Part shown: positions 49,155-58,508 of the stretch, one piece after another
Numbering within the stretch: position 1 is the first letter of the stretch
Layout: each line of letters begins with the position of its first letter
DNA from: Betaproteobacteria bacterium
GTDB taxonomy: Bacteria; Pseudomonadota; Gammaproteobacteria; Burkholderiales; SG8-39
Length of the DNA stretch: 64,000 bases
Assembly: GCA_037443705.1 (NCBI GenBank)
Contig: JBBINV010000003.1
Location: 20,498-84,497 of the forward strand
Reading direction: 5' to 3'
The notes under the pieces: generated by a model
The model's input: the letters and a program-made list of their open reading frames with translations, nothing else
The model's database searches: none
Told to the model about the DNA's origin: nothing
Translations under genes and position numbers: made by a program

Positions 49155-49321
49155 GGCGGGTGAGGGCGGGCCGGATGGTCAATTTCCCGCGGCGCACGCA
49201 CACAGTGGTGTACAGGCGGGCGCCGGACATCACGCCTCGGGAAGTGGCGCAGGTTCGTCAGAAGCTGAGGCTTTCGAGGTCTTTCTTTGCGGCGTACCCG
49301 CGCACGAATCCGCGCACCTTG
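49155..49321 (+). pseudogene. Truncated relic of an XRE-type (HigA-like) antitoxin gene
   Basis: GRMVNFPRRTHTVVYRRAPDITPREVAQVRQKLRLSRSFFAAYPRTNPRTL resembles the N-terminal two thirds of antitoxins of the pattern G.I.LRTH.V...T.EE...IR.KL.LS...FA.YLRT..RTLENWEQG (from memory). The similarity stops where the convergent gene ends (49325). Confidence 0.45.
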
Positions 49322-49324
49322 ATT

Positions 49325-50071
49325 TCAGGAATCTCCCACCTTCGGCGCGACGGTGAGTCCATGCGCGCCGTGGCGCTCGATCGCCTGCGCTACGAAGCCC
49401 GAGCGCTTCACGTCCTCGACGAATTCGCGCAAGTAGGCGGCGCCGGCGGGGCGGCCTTTCGGCGTGCCGATCGCCTGCTGGACGGCGGTGAAGCGCCCCG
49501 GGAGCACGCGCGCGCCGGGGAGCTTGCTGACGTCGGTCTCCAGGCGCGGGCGCAGGCCGGCAAGGGCGTCGAGCTTGTCGGCTACGAAGCGCTCGTAGGA
49601 GGCATCGAGGCCTTCGGCGCGCACGAGCGTGGCGTTCGCGAGCGTGCGACTGAGGTACAGGTCGTACGCACTTCTCGCCGACACCGAAATGCGCACGCCC
49701 TTGCGATCCACGTCCGCGATGCTCTGAATCGGGGAGCCGGCGGGCACGAGGTACGTGCATTCGATCTCCACGTATGCGGGCGTGAAGTCGATGGTCCCCG
49801 CGCGCGCGGGCTCGGCGCCGAGAAATCCGACGTCCCAGGCGCCGCTCGGTGCGGCATCGGCAAGCTGCGGGGGAGATTCGTAGGTCACGAACTCGACCTT
49901 CGCGCCGAGGCGCCGCGCGAGCTCGCGCGCCATGTCAACCGCGACGCCGCTTGGATCGTTTAGCGCAGAAGCCTTGTTGACCAGAAGGAAATTGGCGCGG
50001 TTCAGGCCGGCGCGCAGCGTGCCCGCCGGAGCAAGCTCGATTCGCGCGGCGTTCACAGAGGTTTCGGGCAT
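49325..50071 (-). CDS. Family-3 solute-binding-protein-like protein without a recognisable signal peptide
   Basis: SBP_bac_3-like pattern (VAVDMARELARRLGAKVEFV, GAWDVGFLG, TPAYVEIE) but the N-terminus MPETSVNAARIELAPAG is not hydrophobic. Confidence 0.7.
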   Translation of the reverse strand: MPETSVNAARIELAPAGTLRAGLNRANFLLVNKASALNDPSGVAVDMARELARRLGAKVEFVTYESPPQLADAAPSGAWDVGFLGAEPARAGTIDFTPAYVEIECTYLVPAGSPIQSIADVDRKGVRISVSARSAYDLYLSRTLANATLVRAEGLDASYERFVADKLDALAGLRPRLETDVSKLPGARVLPGRFTAVQQAIGTPKGRPAGAAYLREFVEDVKRSGFVAQAIERHGAHGLTVAPKVGDS

Positions 50072-50168
50072 GGTTTCGCTCGCTGTCCGGGACCGGGAAA
50101 AATCGTGCGATTTGTACTATGAAACCGCGCGCCAGGGTCTAATATTTCGAGCGCACAGGAGGCGAGCC

Positions 50169-50639
50169 ATGAACCCGGGATTTCTGAGTGCGGTCGTCGC
50201 TTTCACGCTGGCCGCGGCGGCGCCGGCGTTCGCCGAGAAGCCCGAGTGGGCCGGCGGCGGCAAAGGCAAGGGCAAGGGCCACGCGGCGAAGGAAGAGCCC
50301 GGCCCCGTCCGCGGCGCGCGCGTGGAGAGATATTTTGCCGACAGCCACCGCACCTACGTGCGCGAGTTCTACGTGCAGGAGCATCGCTCGGGCTTCTGCC
50401 CGCCGGGCCTGGCGAAGAAGCGCAACGGCTGCATGCCCCCCGGGCAGGCGAAGAAGTGGCGCATGGGGCAGCGGCTGCCGCGCGACGCCGTGATGTACGA
50501 GCTCGAGCCCGCGCTCGTGGCGAAAATCGGCGCGCCGCCGCCGGGATACAGGTTCGTGCGCGTCGCCTCCGACATCCTCATGACCGCGATCGGCACCGGC
50601 ATGGTGGTCGATGCGATCGAGGACCTCGGGCGCCTCTAG
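50169..50639 (+). CDS. Secreted RcnB/CigR-like small protein
   Basis: Signal peptide, GGGKGKGKGH, CPPGLAKKRNGCMPPGQAKKW and the C-terminal GYRFVRVASDILMTAIGTGMVVDAI pattern. AGGAGG Shine-Dalgarno sequence before ATG 50169. Confidence 0.7.
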   Translation: MNPGFLSAVVAFTLAAAAPAFAEKPEWAGGGKGKGKGHAAKEEPGPVRGARVERYFADSHRTYVREFYVQEHRSGFCPPGLAKKRNGCMPPGQAKKWRMGQRLPRDAVMYELEPALVAKIGAPPPGYRFVRVASDILMTAIGTGMVVDAIEDLGRL

Positions 50640-50675
50640 TCGCGCCGCCGCAGCGTTCGGCTACACTTTCCTGCC

Positions 50676-51989
50676 GTGACGGCTCGCGCGCTGCTGCTCG
50701 GATGGCTTTTGATCGGACTGCCCGCGGCGGCGCAGCTGCCGGCGATCGCCACGCGCGACGGCGTGCCCACGCTCGCGCCGGTCATCGAGCGCGTAGCGCC
50801 CGCGGTGGTGAACATCGCTGTGCTCCAGCGAAGCCCCGAGGAGCAGAACCCCCTGCTGCGCGATCCGTTCTTCCGCCGTTTCTTCGGCCTGCCCGACCGG
50901 CCGCAGGGCCAGGTGTCGGCGGGCTCGGGCGTGATCGTGGACGCGAAGAACGGCTACGTGATCACCAACCACCACGTCGTGAAGGATGCGCGCGAGATTG
51001 CGGTCGCGCTGAAGGATAATCGCCGCTTTCCGGCGAAGCTGGTGGGCTCGGACGCGGGCACCGATATCGCGCTGCTCAAAATCGAGGCGCAGAACCTCAC
51101 GGAGTTGAAGTTCGGGAATTCGGACGCGCTTGCGGTGGGCGACTTCGTGGTCGCGATCGGCAATCCCTTCGGCATCGGCCAGACCGTGACTTCGGGGATC
51201 GTCTCGGCGCTCGGCCGCTCGGGCCTCTCGCCCGAAGGCTACGAAGATTTCATCCAGACCGATGCGCCGATCAATCCCGGCAACTCGGGCGGCGCGCTCG
51301 TCAACCTGAAGGGAGAACTCGTCGGGATCAACTCCGCGATCATCGGCCCGGCGGGAGGTAACGTCGGCATCGGTTTCGCCGTACCCTCGAACATGGCGCA
51401 CGCGGTGATGCAGCAGCTCGCGCGATTCGGCGAGGTGCGGCGCGGGCGTCTGGGGATCGTCATGCAGGACATCCCGGGAAGAGACGGCGCACAGGTGGCC
51501 GAAGTCGCGCCGGGCTCGCCTGCCGAGCGCGCGGGCCTCAGGGCGGGCGACATCGTCACGGCGCTGAACGGGCGGCCGGTGCGCGCGGCGGCCGAGCTTC
51601 GCGCGCAGCTCGGCGTGATCCCCGCGGGCGAGACGGTGGAAATCCGGCTCGTGCGCTCGGGCGAGACGCGCACGGTGCGCGCGCGGATCGGCGAGGTCGA
51701 GCCCGGCAAGTCCGCGGGCGGGAAGGCGATCGGCGAACTTCCGGGCGCCGCGTTCGCCGACGGCGAGCGCAGCGGCGCGCGGGGCAGGGAAAAGGTCGTC
51801 GTAGTGACCGCGATCGAGCCCGGCTCGCCCGCGTTCGAGGCGGGCCTCAGGCCGGGCGATCTCGTGATCGGCGTCAACCGGCGGCGCGTGGGAACGGTCG
51901 CCGAGCTGGGAAAGGCGCTGGCGGGCACCAGGCGCGCCTCGCTCAACGTCGTGCGCGGGGACTTCCTGCTGACGATCCCGGTGAAGTAG
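50676..51989 (+). CDS. Do-family (DegP/DegQ/MucD-like) periplasmic serine endopeptidase
   Basis: Catalytic triad contexts ITNHHVV, DIALLKI, GNSGGALV, then two PDZ-like regions; GTG start. Confidence 0.9.
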   Translation: MTARALLLGWLLIGLPAAAQLPAIATRDGVPTLAPVIERVAPAVVNIAVLQRSPEEQNPLLRDPFFRRFFGLPDRPQGQVSAGSGVIVDAKNGYVITNHHVVKDAREIAVALKDNRRFPAKLVGSDAGTDIALLKIEAQNLTELKFGNSDALAVGDFVVAIGNPFGIGQTVTSGIVSALGRSGLSPEGYEDFIQTDAPINPGNSGGALVNLKGELVGINSAIIGPAGGNVGIGFAVPSNMAHAVMQQLARFGEVRRGRLGIVMQDIPGRDGAQVAEVAPGSPAERAGLRAGDIVTALNGRPVRAAAELRAQLGVIPAGETVEIRLVRSGETRTVRARIGEVEPGKSAGGKAIGELPGAAFADGERSGARGREKVVVVTAIEPGSPAFEAGLRPGDLVIGVNRRRVGTVAELGKALAGTRRASLNVVRGDFLLTIPVK

Positions 51990-54113
51990 CTACTCGCGCT
52001 CGCGCGCGAGCTTCTGCACGTCGGGCAGGCGCCGCAGCGCGCGCATGACGCGCGCGAGGTGCCGGCGGTTGGCGACTTCGAGCACGAAATGCATGGTGGT
52101 GAAGACCGCCCGGTCCTCCTCCATGCTGATCGAGTCGATGTTGGAGCCGGCTTCCGCAATCTCGGAGGCGACGCGCGCGAGCACGCCGCGCTGGTTCGCC
52201 ACCGTCACGCGCACGGCCGCCTGGAAGAGCCGCGTGGTCGTGCGGTCCCACTCCACGTCGATCCACTGCTCGGGCTCGATCCGGCGCGAGCGCTCGGCGG
52301 CGCGGCACTCGATCGCGTGCACCACGAGCCCCTGGCCCTTCTTGATCGAGCCCACGATCTGGTCCCCCGGGATCGGGCGGCAGCAGGTGGCAAGCTGCAC
52401 TGCCATGCCTTCGGTGCCGCGGATCACGACGCTCGCCGCTGCCGGCCGCGGCGCGGCCCGCACCTCGTCCCGCTCGGCGTGGCGCAAGAGCCGCCGCGCG
52501 ACCACTGCGGGCAGGCGCTTGCCGAGGCCGATGTCGGCGAGCACTTCCTGGCGCGAGCGCGCGCCGGTGTCGCGCACCACGCGCTCCCAGCTCGCGTCGT
52601 CGATCGCCACGGGCGAGGAACCCGCCGCGCGCAGTGCGTGCTCGAGCAGCCGCTCGCCGAGCGCGGCCGACTCCTCGTACTGCATGGTCTTCAGGAAATG
52701 GCGGATGTTGGACCGCGCCTTCCCGGTGCGCACGTACTGGATCCAGGCGGGGTTGGGCTTGGCGTGGCTCGCGGTGATGATTTCGATGCGGTCGCCGTTC
52801 CTGAGCTCCGAGCGAAGCGGGACGAGCTCGCCGTTCACCTTGGCCGCGACGCAGCGGTTGCCGATGTCGGTGTGCACGGCGTAGGCGAAATCGACCGCAG
52901 TGGCGCCGCGAGGCAGCGACATGATGCGGCCCTTGGGCGTGAAGACGTATACCTCATCGGGGAAGAGGTCGACCTTCACGTGCTCGAGGAACTCCTGCGA
53001 GTCGCCCGCCTGGCTCTGGATCTCGAGCAGCGACTGCAGCCACTGGTGGGTCTGCTTCTGCAGGTCCGAGAGCGACACCGATTCTTCCTTGTACATCCAG
53101 TGCGAGGCGACCCCGGCATCGGCGATGCGGTGCATGTGCTCGGTGCGGATCTGGATCTCGACCGGCAGGCCGAAGGGGCCGATCAGCGCCGTGTGCAGCG
53201 ACTGGTAGCCGTTCGCCTTCGGGATCGCGATGTAGTCCTTGAACTTTCCGGGGATGGGCTTGTACAGCCCGTGCAGCGCCCCGAGCGCGAGATAGCACGA
53301 CGGCGTGTCCTTCACCACCACGCGAAAGCCGTAGATGTCATGCACCTCCGAGAACGACAGGTGCTTCTCGATCATCTTGCGGTAGGTGGAATACAGGTGC
53401 TTCTCGCGGCCGCTCACCGCCGCGTCGATCCCGGCTTCCGCCAGCCGGGCGCGGATCGCTTCCAGCGCCTTTCCGACCACCTCGCGCCGGTTGCCGCGCG
53501 CCGCGCGCGTCGCCTTGGAGAGCACGCGATGGCGAAGCGGGTAAAGGTGCGCGAACGCGAGCTCCTGCAGCTCGTGGTAGATCGCGTTCAGGCCCAGGCG
53601 ATTCGCGATCGGCGCGTAGATCTCCATCGTCTCGCGCGCGACGCGCCGGCGCTTGGCGGGCGCCACCGCGCCCAGCGTGCGCATGTTGTGCAGGCGGTCG
53701 GCGAGCTTGATCAGGATGACGCGCACGTCGCGCGCCATCGCGAGCAGCATCTTGCGGAAGTTCTCGGCCTGCGCGTCCTCGGCCGACTGGAACTCGATGC
53801 GGTCGAGCTTGGAGACTCCGTCCACGAGCTCGGCCACGGGCCTGCCGAAGGTTTCCACGATCTCGGCCTTGGTGACCGAGGTGTCCTCCATCACGTCGTG
53901 CAGCAGCGCCGCCATGAGCGCCTGGCCGTCCAGCCGCCAGCCCGCGAGGATCTCGGCCACCGCGAGCGGGTGCGAGATGTAGGGTTCGCCGGACTGGCGC
54001 GTCTGCCCGGCGTGGGCGGCCTCCGAGAACCGGTAGGCTTCGGAAAGGCGCGCGACGTCCGCCGGCTTCAGGTAGCCGAAGCGCGACTCATCGAGGGCCT
54101 GTACGACCGCCAT
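51990..54113 (-). CDS. spoT: Bifunctional (p)ppGpp synthetase/hydrolase SpoT
   Basis: HD domain (HPLAVAEIL...LLHDVMEDT), synthetase domain (YRSLHTA-like GYQSLHTALIGP), TGS and ACT regions; downstream of rpoZ. Confidence 0.93.
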   Translation of the reverse strand: MAVVQALDESRFGYLKPADVARLSEAYRFSEAAHAGQTRQSGEPYISHPLAVAEILAGWRLDGQALMAALLHDVMEDTSVTKAEIVETFGRPVAELVDGVSKLDRIEFQSAEDAQAENFRKMLLAMARDVRVILIKLADRLHNMRTLGAVAPAKRRRVARETMEIYAPIANRLGLNAIYHELQELAFAHLYPLRHRVLSKATRAARGNRREVVGKALEAIRARLAEAGIDAAVSGREKHLYSTYRKMIEKHLSFSEVHDIYGFRVVVKDTPSCYLALGALHGLYKPIPGKFKDYIAIPKANGYQSLHTALIGPFGLPVEIQIRTEHMHRIADAGVASHWMYKEESVSLSDLQKQTHQWLQSLLEIQSQAGDSQEFLEHVKVDLFPDEVYVFTPKGRIMSLPRGATAVDFAYAVHTDIGNRCVAAKVNGELVPLRSELRNGDRIEIITASHAKPNPAWIQYVRTGKARSNIRHFLKTMQYEESAALGERLLEHALRAAGSSPVAIDDASWERVVRDTGARSRQEVLADIGLGKRLPAVVARRLLRHAERDEVRAAPRPAAASVVIRGTEGMAVQLATCCRPIPGDQIVGSIKKGQGLVVHAIECRAAERSRRIEPEQWIDVEWDRTTTRLFQAAVRVTVANQRGVLARVASEIAEAGSNIDSISMEEDRAVFTTMHFVLEVANRRHLARVMRALRRLPDVQKLARERE

Positions 54114-54130
54114 GCGGGGAGATTAACGCC

Positions 54131-54148
54131 AAAACGGGGTTTCACCCC
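54131..54148 (-). terminator. Weak terminator-like hairpin between rpoZ and spoT
   Basis: The minus strand reads GGGGT-GAA-ACCCC followed by GTTTTGG, 18 nt before the spoT ATG. Confidence 0.3.
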
Positions 54149-54163
54149 AGGTTTCCCCGGTCG

Positions 54164-54225
54164 ATCGGGGTCAGACTCGACTTTCCTGCCCCCCTTTTTT
54201 TCGGGAAGTCGAGTCTGACCCCGAT
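54164..54225. repeat. 20-bp perfect inverted repeat (long hairpin) directly after the rpoZ stop
   Basis: ATCGGGGTCAGACTCGACTT (54164-54183) pairs with AAGTCGAGTCTGACCCCGAT (54206-54225). The 22-nt loop contains C6T7 (A7G6 on the coding strand). Confidence 0.85.
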
Positions 54226-54227
54226 TC

Positions 54228-54452
54228 TCAAGGGGTCGGCGTTGGCGGGGTGGGGTTCTTGCGCAGTACTTCGGTGCCGACCTTGCCGCCCGCGATCTCG
54301 CGCAGCGCGATCACGGTGTGCTTGTCCTTGTTCGGCTCGACCAGGGGCGAGGCGCCGGCGCCGAGCTGGCGCGCGCGGTAAGTCGCCGCCAGCGTGAGCT
54401 GGAAGCGATTGGGGATTCTCTTCAGGCAGTCGTCTACGGTGATGCGGGCCAT
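54228..54452 (-). CDS. rpoZ: DNA-directed RNA polymerase subunit omega
   Basis: [30 protein letters not shown]. Confidence 0.95.
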   Translation of the reverse strand: MARITVDDCLKRIPNRFQLTLAATYRARQLGAGASPLVEPNKDKHTVIALREIAGGKVGTEVLRKNPTPPTPTP

Positions 54453-54459
54453 GAGGTCT

Positions 54460-55044
54460 CTACTCGGGTGATTGGGTGCGGCGGCTTCGAAGACGCTCTA
54501 CGCGGATGATCGCCTTGAGATCCTCCAGGGCCGTCCGGAAGTCCTTGTTCATTATAGCGTATTCGAACTCCGCGGCGTGCGAGAGCTCTTCGGCGGCGTT
54601 CGCGAGGCGCGTGCGGATGACCGCGTCCGAGTCCTGGCCACGCGTACGCATCCGGCGTTCGAGCTCCTCTATCGAGGGCGGCAGGATGAAGATCCCGATG
54701 CAGCCCGGGACGAGGCGCCGCACCTGTTGCGCGCCCTGCCAGTCGATCTCGAGCACGAGGTCGTTGCCTTGCGCGAGCGCGCCGGCGACCACCGCCTGGG
54801 ACGTGCCGTAGCGGTTGCCGTGTACCTCGGCGCTCTCCAGGAACTCGCCGCGCTCGAGCATCGCGCGGAAAGCCGGATCGTCGATGAAATGGTATTCGCG
54901 CCCGTTCTTCTCCCCGGGGCGCGGCGCGCGTGTCGTATAGGAGATCGAGAGCTTCAGGGTCGGGTCTTCCTTCAGCAGCGCCTCGATCAGCGAGCTCTTG
55001 CCCGCGCCCGAAGGCGCCGTGATCACGAAAAGAAGGCCTCTCAT
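54460..55044 (-). CDS. gmk: Guanylate kinase
   Basis: [40 protein letters not shown]. Start at 55044; the upstream ORF extension is rejected. Confidence 0.95.
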   Translation of the reverse strand: MRGLLFVITAPSGAGKSSLIEALLKEDPTLKLSISYTTRAPRPGEKNGREYHFIDDPAFRAMLERGEFLESAEVHGNRYGTSQAVVAGALAQGNDLVLEIDWQGAQQVRRLVPGCIGIFILPPSIEELERRMRTRGQDSDAVIRTRLANAAEELSHAAEFEYAIMNKDFRTALEDLKAIIRVERLRSRRTQSPE

Positions 55045-55904
55045 TCGATGTTCTGCACCTGCTCGCGCATCTGCTCCACGAGGAGCTTCAATTCCAGCGC
55101 GCATTCGCCGATCTTCGCACCCGCGGCCTTGGACGCGAGCGTATTGGCCTCGCGGTTGAGCTCCTGGGCGAGGAAGTCCAGGCGTTTCCCCACCGCTCCC
55201 TCGGCACGCAGCGTCCGCTCGACCTCGTCCAGGTGCGCCCTGAGGCGCGTGAGCTCCTCGTCGACGTCGCTCTTCATCCCGAACACCGCGATCTCGGCGC
55301 GCACCCGCTCGTCGTCCGCGGCGCCGAGCGCCTCGCGCAGCCGCTCGGCGAGCTTCGCACGATACGCCGCGACCGCCTCGGGGACGAGCGGCCCGACTTC
55401 GGCGATCCTGCGGCGCATCTCGCCAACGCGCTCGAGAACGGCCGCCGCGAGCTTCACTCCCTCGCGCCGGCGCGCCGCGCACAATTCCTCGAGCGCCCGG
55501 CCGCAGGCCTCGAGCGCCGCGGCGCGCGTCTGCTCCTCGCTCACCGGGTCTTCCGCGATCACGCCCGGCCAGCGCAGCACGTCGGCGAGCCGAAGCGGCG
55601 CCGCTTCCGGGTACGCCTTCTGCGCTTCGCCTGCAAGACGCCGCAGCTGCGCGATCGCATCCGTGTTCAGGCGCTGTGGCGCCGCGCCCGTGGCCGGGCC
55701 GAACGAGACCCGGCACTCGACCTTGCCGCGCGCGATCCGTGCCGCGATCGCCTCGCGAAGCACCGGCTCCGCCGCGCGCAGCTCGTCCGCGATCCGGAAC
55801 TGGATGTCGAGATAACGGGAATTGACCGAGCGGAGCTCCGCCGTCACGGCGCGCCCGGAAACGTCGGCCGCGGCGGCGCCATAGCCGGTCATGCTCGCAA
55901 TCAT
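55041..55904 (-). CDS. yicC: YicC-family stress-induced protein
   Basis: [19 protein letters not shown]-terminal [13 protein letters not shown]...[22 protein letters not shown]...[11 protein letters not shown]. Confidence 0.92.
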   Translation of the reverse strand: MIASMTGYGAAAADVSGRAVTAELRSVNSRYLDIQFRIADELRAAEPVLREAIAARIARGKVECRVSFGPATGAAPQRLNTDAIAQLRRLAGEAQKAYPEAAPLRLADVLRWPGVIAEDPVSEEQTRAAALEACGRALEELCAARRREGVKLAAAVLERVGEMRRRIAEVGPLVPEAVAAYRAKLAERLREALGAADDERVRAEIAVFGMKSDVDEELTRLRAHLDEVERTLRAEGAVGKRLDFLAQELNREANTLASKAAGAKIGECALELKLLVEQMREQVQNIE

Positions 55905-55964
55905 GTCGTGGAAGTGCGCCCGTGCGCACCGGAATTGCGGAATCGAGCGCGTATCATAGGGGAG

Positions 55965-56708
55965 ATGACGGTCCAAGCCAACAATGCCGCGGCGCGAGCG
56001 GGCGGGCGCGGGGCCGCGGAGCTTCGCCCGGTGCGCATTGCGCGCCGCTACACGCGCCATGCCGAAGGCTCGGTGCTGATCGAGTTCGGCGAGACCAAAG
56101 TGCTCTGCACCGCGAGCGTGGAGGCGCGCGTGCCGCCTTTCCTCAAAGACAAGGGCGTGGGCTGGCTCACGGCGGAGTACGGGATGCTGCCGCGCTCGAC
56201 GAACACGCGCACCGAGCGCGAGGCGGCGCGCGGCCGCCAGTCGGGACGCACGCAGGAGATCCAGCGGCTGATCGGCCGGGCGCTGCGCGCGGTGGTCGAT
56301 CTTTCGGCGCTCGGCGAGCGCACCCTCCAGGTCGACTGCGACGTGCTGCAGGCCGATGGCGGCACGCGCACCGCCGCGATCACCGGCGCGTTCGTGGCGG
56401 TGCACGACGCGCTCGGCTGGATGCGCGAAAAGGGCATGATCGCGGCGCTGCCGGTGCGCGATTTCGTGGCCGCGGTGTCGGTCGGCGTGGTCGCGGGCGT
56501 GCCGGTGCTCGACCTCGATTACGCCGAAGACTCGGCCTGCGACACCGACATGAACGTGGTTATGACGGGCGCAGGCCGCTTCGTGGAAGTGCAGGGGACC
56601 GCGGAAGGCGAGCCCTTCGCGCGCGAGCAGATGGACGCGATGCTCGGGCTCGCCGAACGGGGCATCCGGGAGCTTGTCCGCCGGCAGCGTGAGGCGCTCG
56701 CGGCGTGA
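55965..56708 (+). CDS. rph: Ribonuclease PH
   Basis: [68 protein letters not shown]. Confidence 0.95.
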   Translation: MTVQANNAAARAGGRGAAELRPVRIARRYTRHAEGSVLIEFGETKVLCTASVEARVPPFLKDKGVGWLTAEYGMLPRSTNTRTEREAARGRQSGRTQEIQRLIGRALRAVVDLSALGERTLQVDCDVLQADGGTRTAAITGAFVAVHDALGWMREKGMIAALPVRDFVAAVSVGVVAGVPVLDLDYAEDSACDTDMNVVMTGAGRFVEVQGTAEGEPFAREQMDAMLGLAERGIRELVRRQREALAA

Positions 56709-57331
56709 AGCGGCTCGTCCTCGCTTCCAACAATCCGGGCAAGCTGAAGGAGATCCAGGCCCTGCTGGCGCCGCTCGCCGTGGAGGTCATCCCGCAGGCA
56801 AAGCTGAACATCGCGGAAGCCGACGAGCCGCACGACACGTTTCTGGAAAACGCGCTCGCGAAGGCGCGCCACGCGAGCCGCGCCGCCGGGCTTCCCGCGC
56901 TCGCCGACGACTCGGGTCTGTGCGTCGACGCGCTCGGCGGCGAGCCGGGGGTTCATTCGGCATATTTCGCGGGCCGGGAAGGGGAACGCCACGAGCGCGA
57001 CGCGCGCAACAACGAGAAACTGCTGTTTCAAATGAAGGACGTTGCGAATCGTTCGGGTCACTACACCTGCGTCATGGTGTTGGTAAGGCGCTGGAATGAT
57101 CCCGAGCCGATCGTCGCGGAGGGGAAATGGCGCGGCGAGATCGCGCGAGCGCCGCGCGGCGCGGGTGGCTTCGGCTACGATCCGTTCTTCCTCGTCCCGG
57201 GCACGGGCCGCACCGCCGCCGAGCTCTCGGCGCAAGAGAAGAATCGCGTCAGCCACCGCGCGCTGGCGCTCGCGCGGCTGCTCGAGGCGCTCGGGTCGGG
57301 AGGCGGAACGATCCCGCGGGATGCGCCGTAG
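56705..57331 (+). CDS. rdgB: dITP/XTP pyrophosphatase RdgB (Ham1 family)
   Basis: [49 protein letters not shown] overlap with rph. Confidence 0.93.
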   Translation: MKRLVLASNNPGKLKEIQALLAPLAVEVIPQAKLNIAEADEPHDTFLENALAKARHASRAAGLPALADDSGLCVDALGGEPGVHSAYFAGREGERHERDARNNEKLLFQMKDVANRSGHYTCVMVLVRRWNDPEPIVAEGKWRGEIARAPRGAGGFGYDPFFLVPGTGRTAAELSAQEKNRVSHRALALARLLEALGSGGGTIPRDAP

Positions 57332-58508
57332 ATCTCCCGATGTCGGCCGCGCCGGCCTGCCGGAAACAGTGCGGCTCGTCGCGCTGCCGCCGCTCGCACT
57401 GTACGCGCACCTGCCGTGGTGCGTGCGCAAGTGCCCCTATTGCGACTTCAACTCGCACGAGCGCGGCGAGGCGCTGCCCGAGCGCGAGTACGTGGCGGCT
57501 CTGGTGCGCGACCTGGAAGAAATGCTTCCGAAGGTCTGGGGACGGCGCATCGTGAGCGTCTTCCTCGGCGGGGGTACGCCGAGCCTGTTTTCGCCCGAAT
57601 CGATCGATTCACTTTTGTCAGCGATCAGGGCCAGGCTGATCGTAGAGCCCGACGCCGAAGTCACACTGGAGGCAAATCCCGGGACGGTGGAGGCGGGGCG
57701 TTTCCGCGGCTACCGCGAAGCGGGCGTGAACCGGCTGTCGCTCGGCGTGCAGAGCTTCAGCGACGAGATGCTCGCGGCGCTCGGGCGCATCCACTCGGCG
57801 GAGGAGGCGCGGCGCGCGATCGAGATCGCGCTCGGGAGTTTCGAGAACGTGAACCTCGACCTGATGTACGGGCTGCCGGGACAGACGCCCGGCGCCGCCC
57901 GCTCGGACGTGGAAGAGGCGATTGGATTCGGAACCTCTCATCTGTCGGTCTACCAGCTCACGCTCGAGCCGAACTCGATCTTCCATCGCCATCCACCGCC
58001 GCTTCCGCCGCACGACGAGTGCGCCGACATGCAGCGCTCGGCGGAGGACCTGCTCGCGGCGGCCGGTTTCGAACATTACGAAACGTCGGCGTTCGCAAGA
58101 CCCGGCCGGCGCTGCCGGCACAACCTCAACTACTGGGAGTTCGGCGACTACCTGGGCCTCGGCGCCGGCGCGCACGGCAAGGTGAGCTTTCCGGACCGCG
58201 TCACCCGGCACGAACGTCCCAGGCAGCCGAAGGAATACCTGAAATCGGGTTCGCTCGCGGAACATCGCGATGTCCCTTCGCGCGAACTTCCGTTCGAATT
58301 CATGCTGAACGCGCTGCGCCTGGTCGAGGGTTTTCCCGCGGAGCTGTTTCAGGCGCGTACGGGACTGGCGCTCGCCGCCATTGAATCGAAGCTATCGCTC
58401 GCCGAAAGCCGCGGCCTTCTCGAACGCGATCTCGAGCGCATCCGGCCGAGCGAGCGGGGACGCAACTTCCTCAACGACTTGTTGGCGCTGTTCCTGGCGC
58501 GAAGCTGA
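57321..58508 (+). CDS. hemW: Radical SAM heme chaperone HemW (HemN-like, oxygen-independent coproporphyrinogen oxidase family)
   Basis: LYAHLPWCVRKCPYCDFNS (CxxxCxxC), FLGGGTPS, RLSLGVQSF. Confidence 0.9.
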   Translation: MRRRSPDVGRAGLPETVRLVALPPLALYAHLPWCVRKCPYCDFNSHERGEALPEREYVAALVRDLEEMLPKVWGRRIVSVFLGGGTPSLFSPESIDSLLSAIRARLIVEPDAEVTLEANPGTVEAGRFRGYREAGVNRLSLGVQSFSDEMLAALGRIHSAEEARRAIEIALGSFENVNLDLMYGLPGQTPGAARSDVEEAIGFGTSHLSVYQLTLEPNSIFHRHPPPLPPHDECADMQRSAEDLLAAAGFEHYETSAFARPGRRCRHNLNYWEFGDYLGLGAGAHGKVSFPDRVTRHERPRQPKEYLKSGSLAEHRDVPSRELPFEFMLNALRLVEGFPAELFQARTGLALAAIESKLSLAESRGLLERDLERIRPSERGRNFLNDLLALFLARS

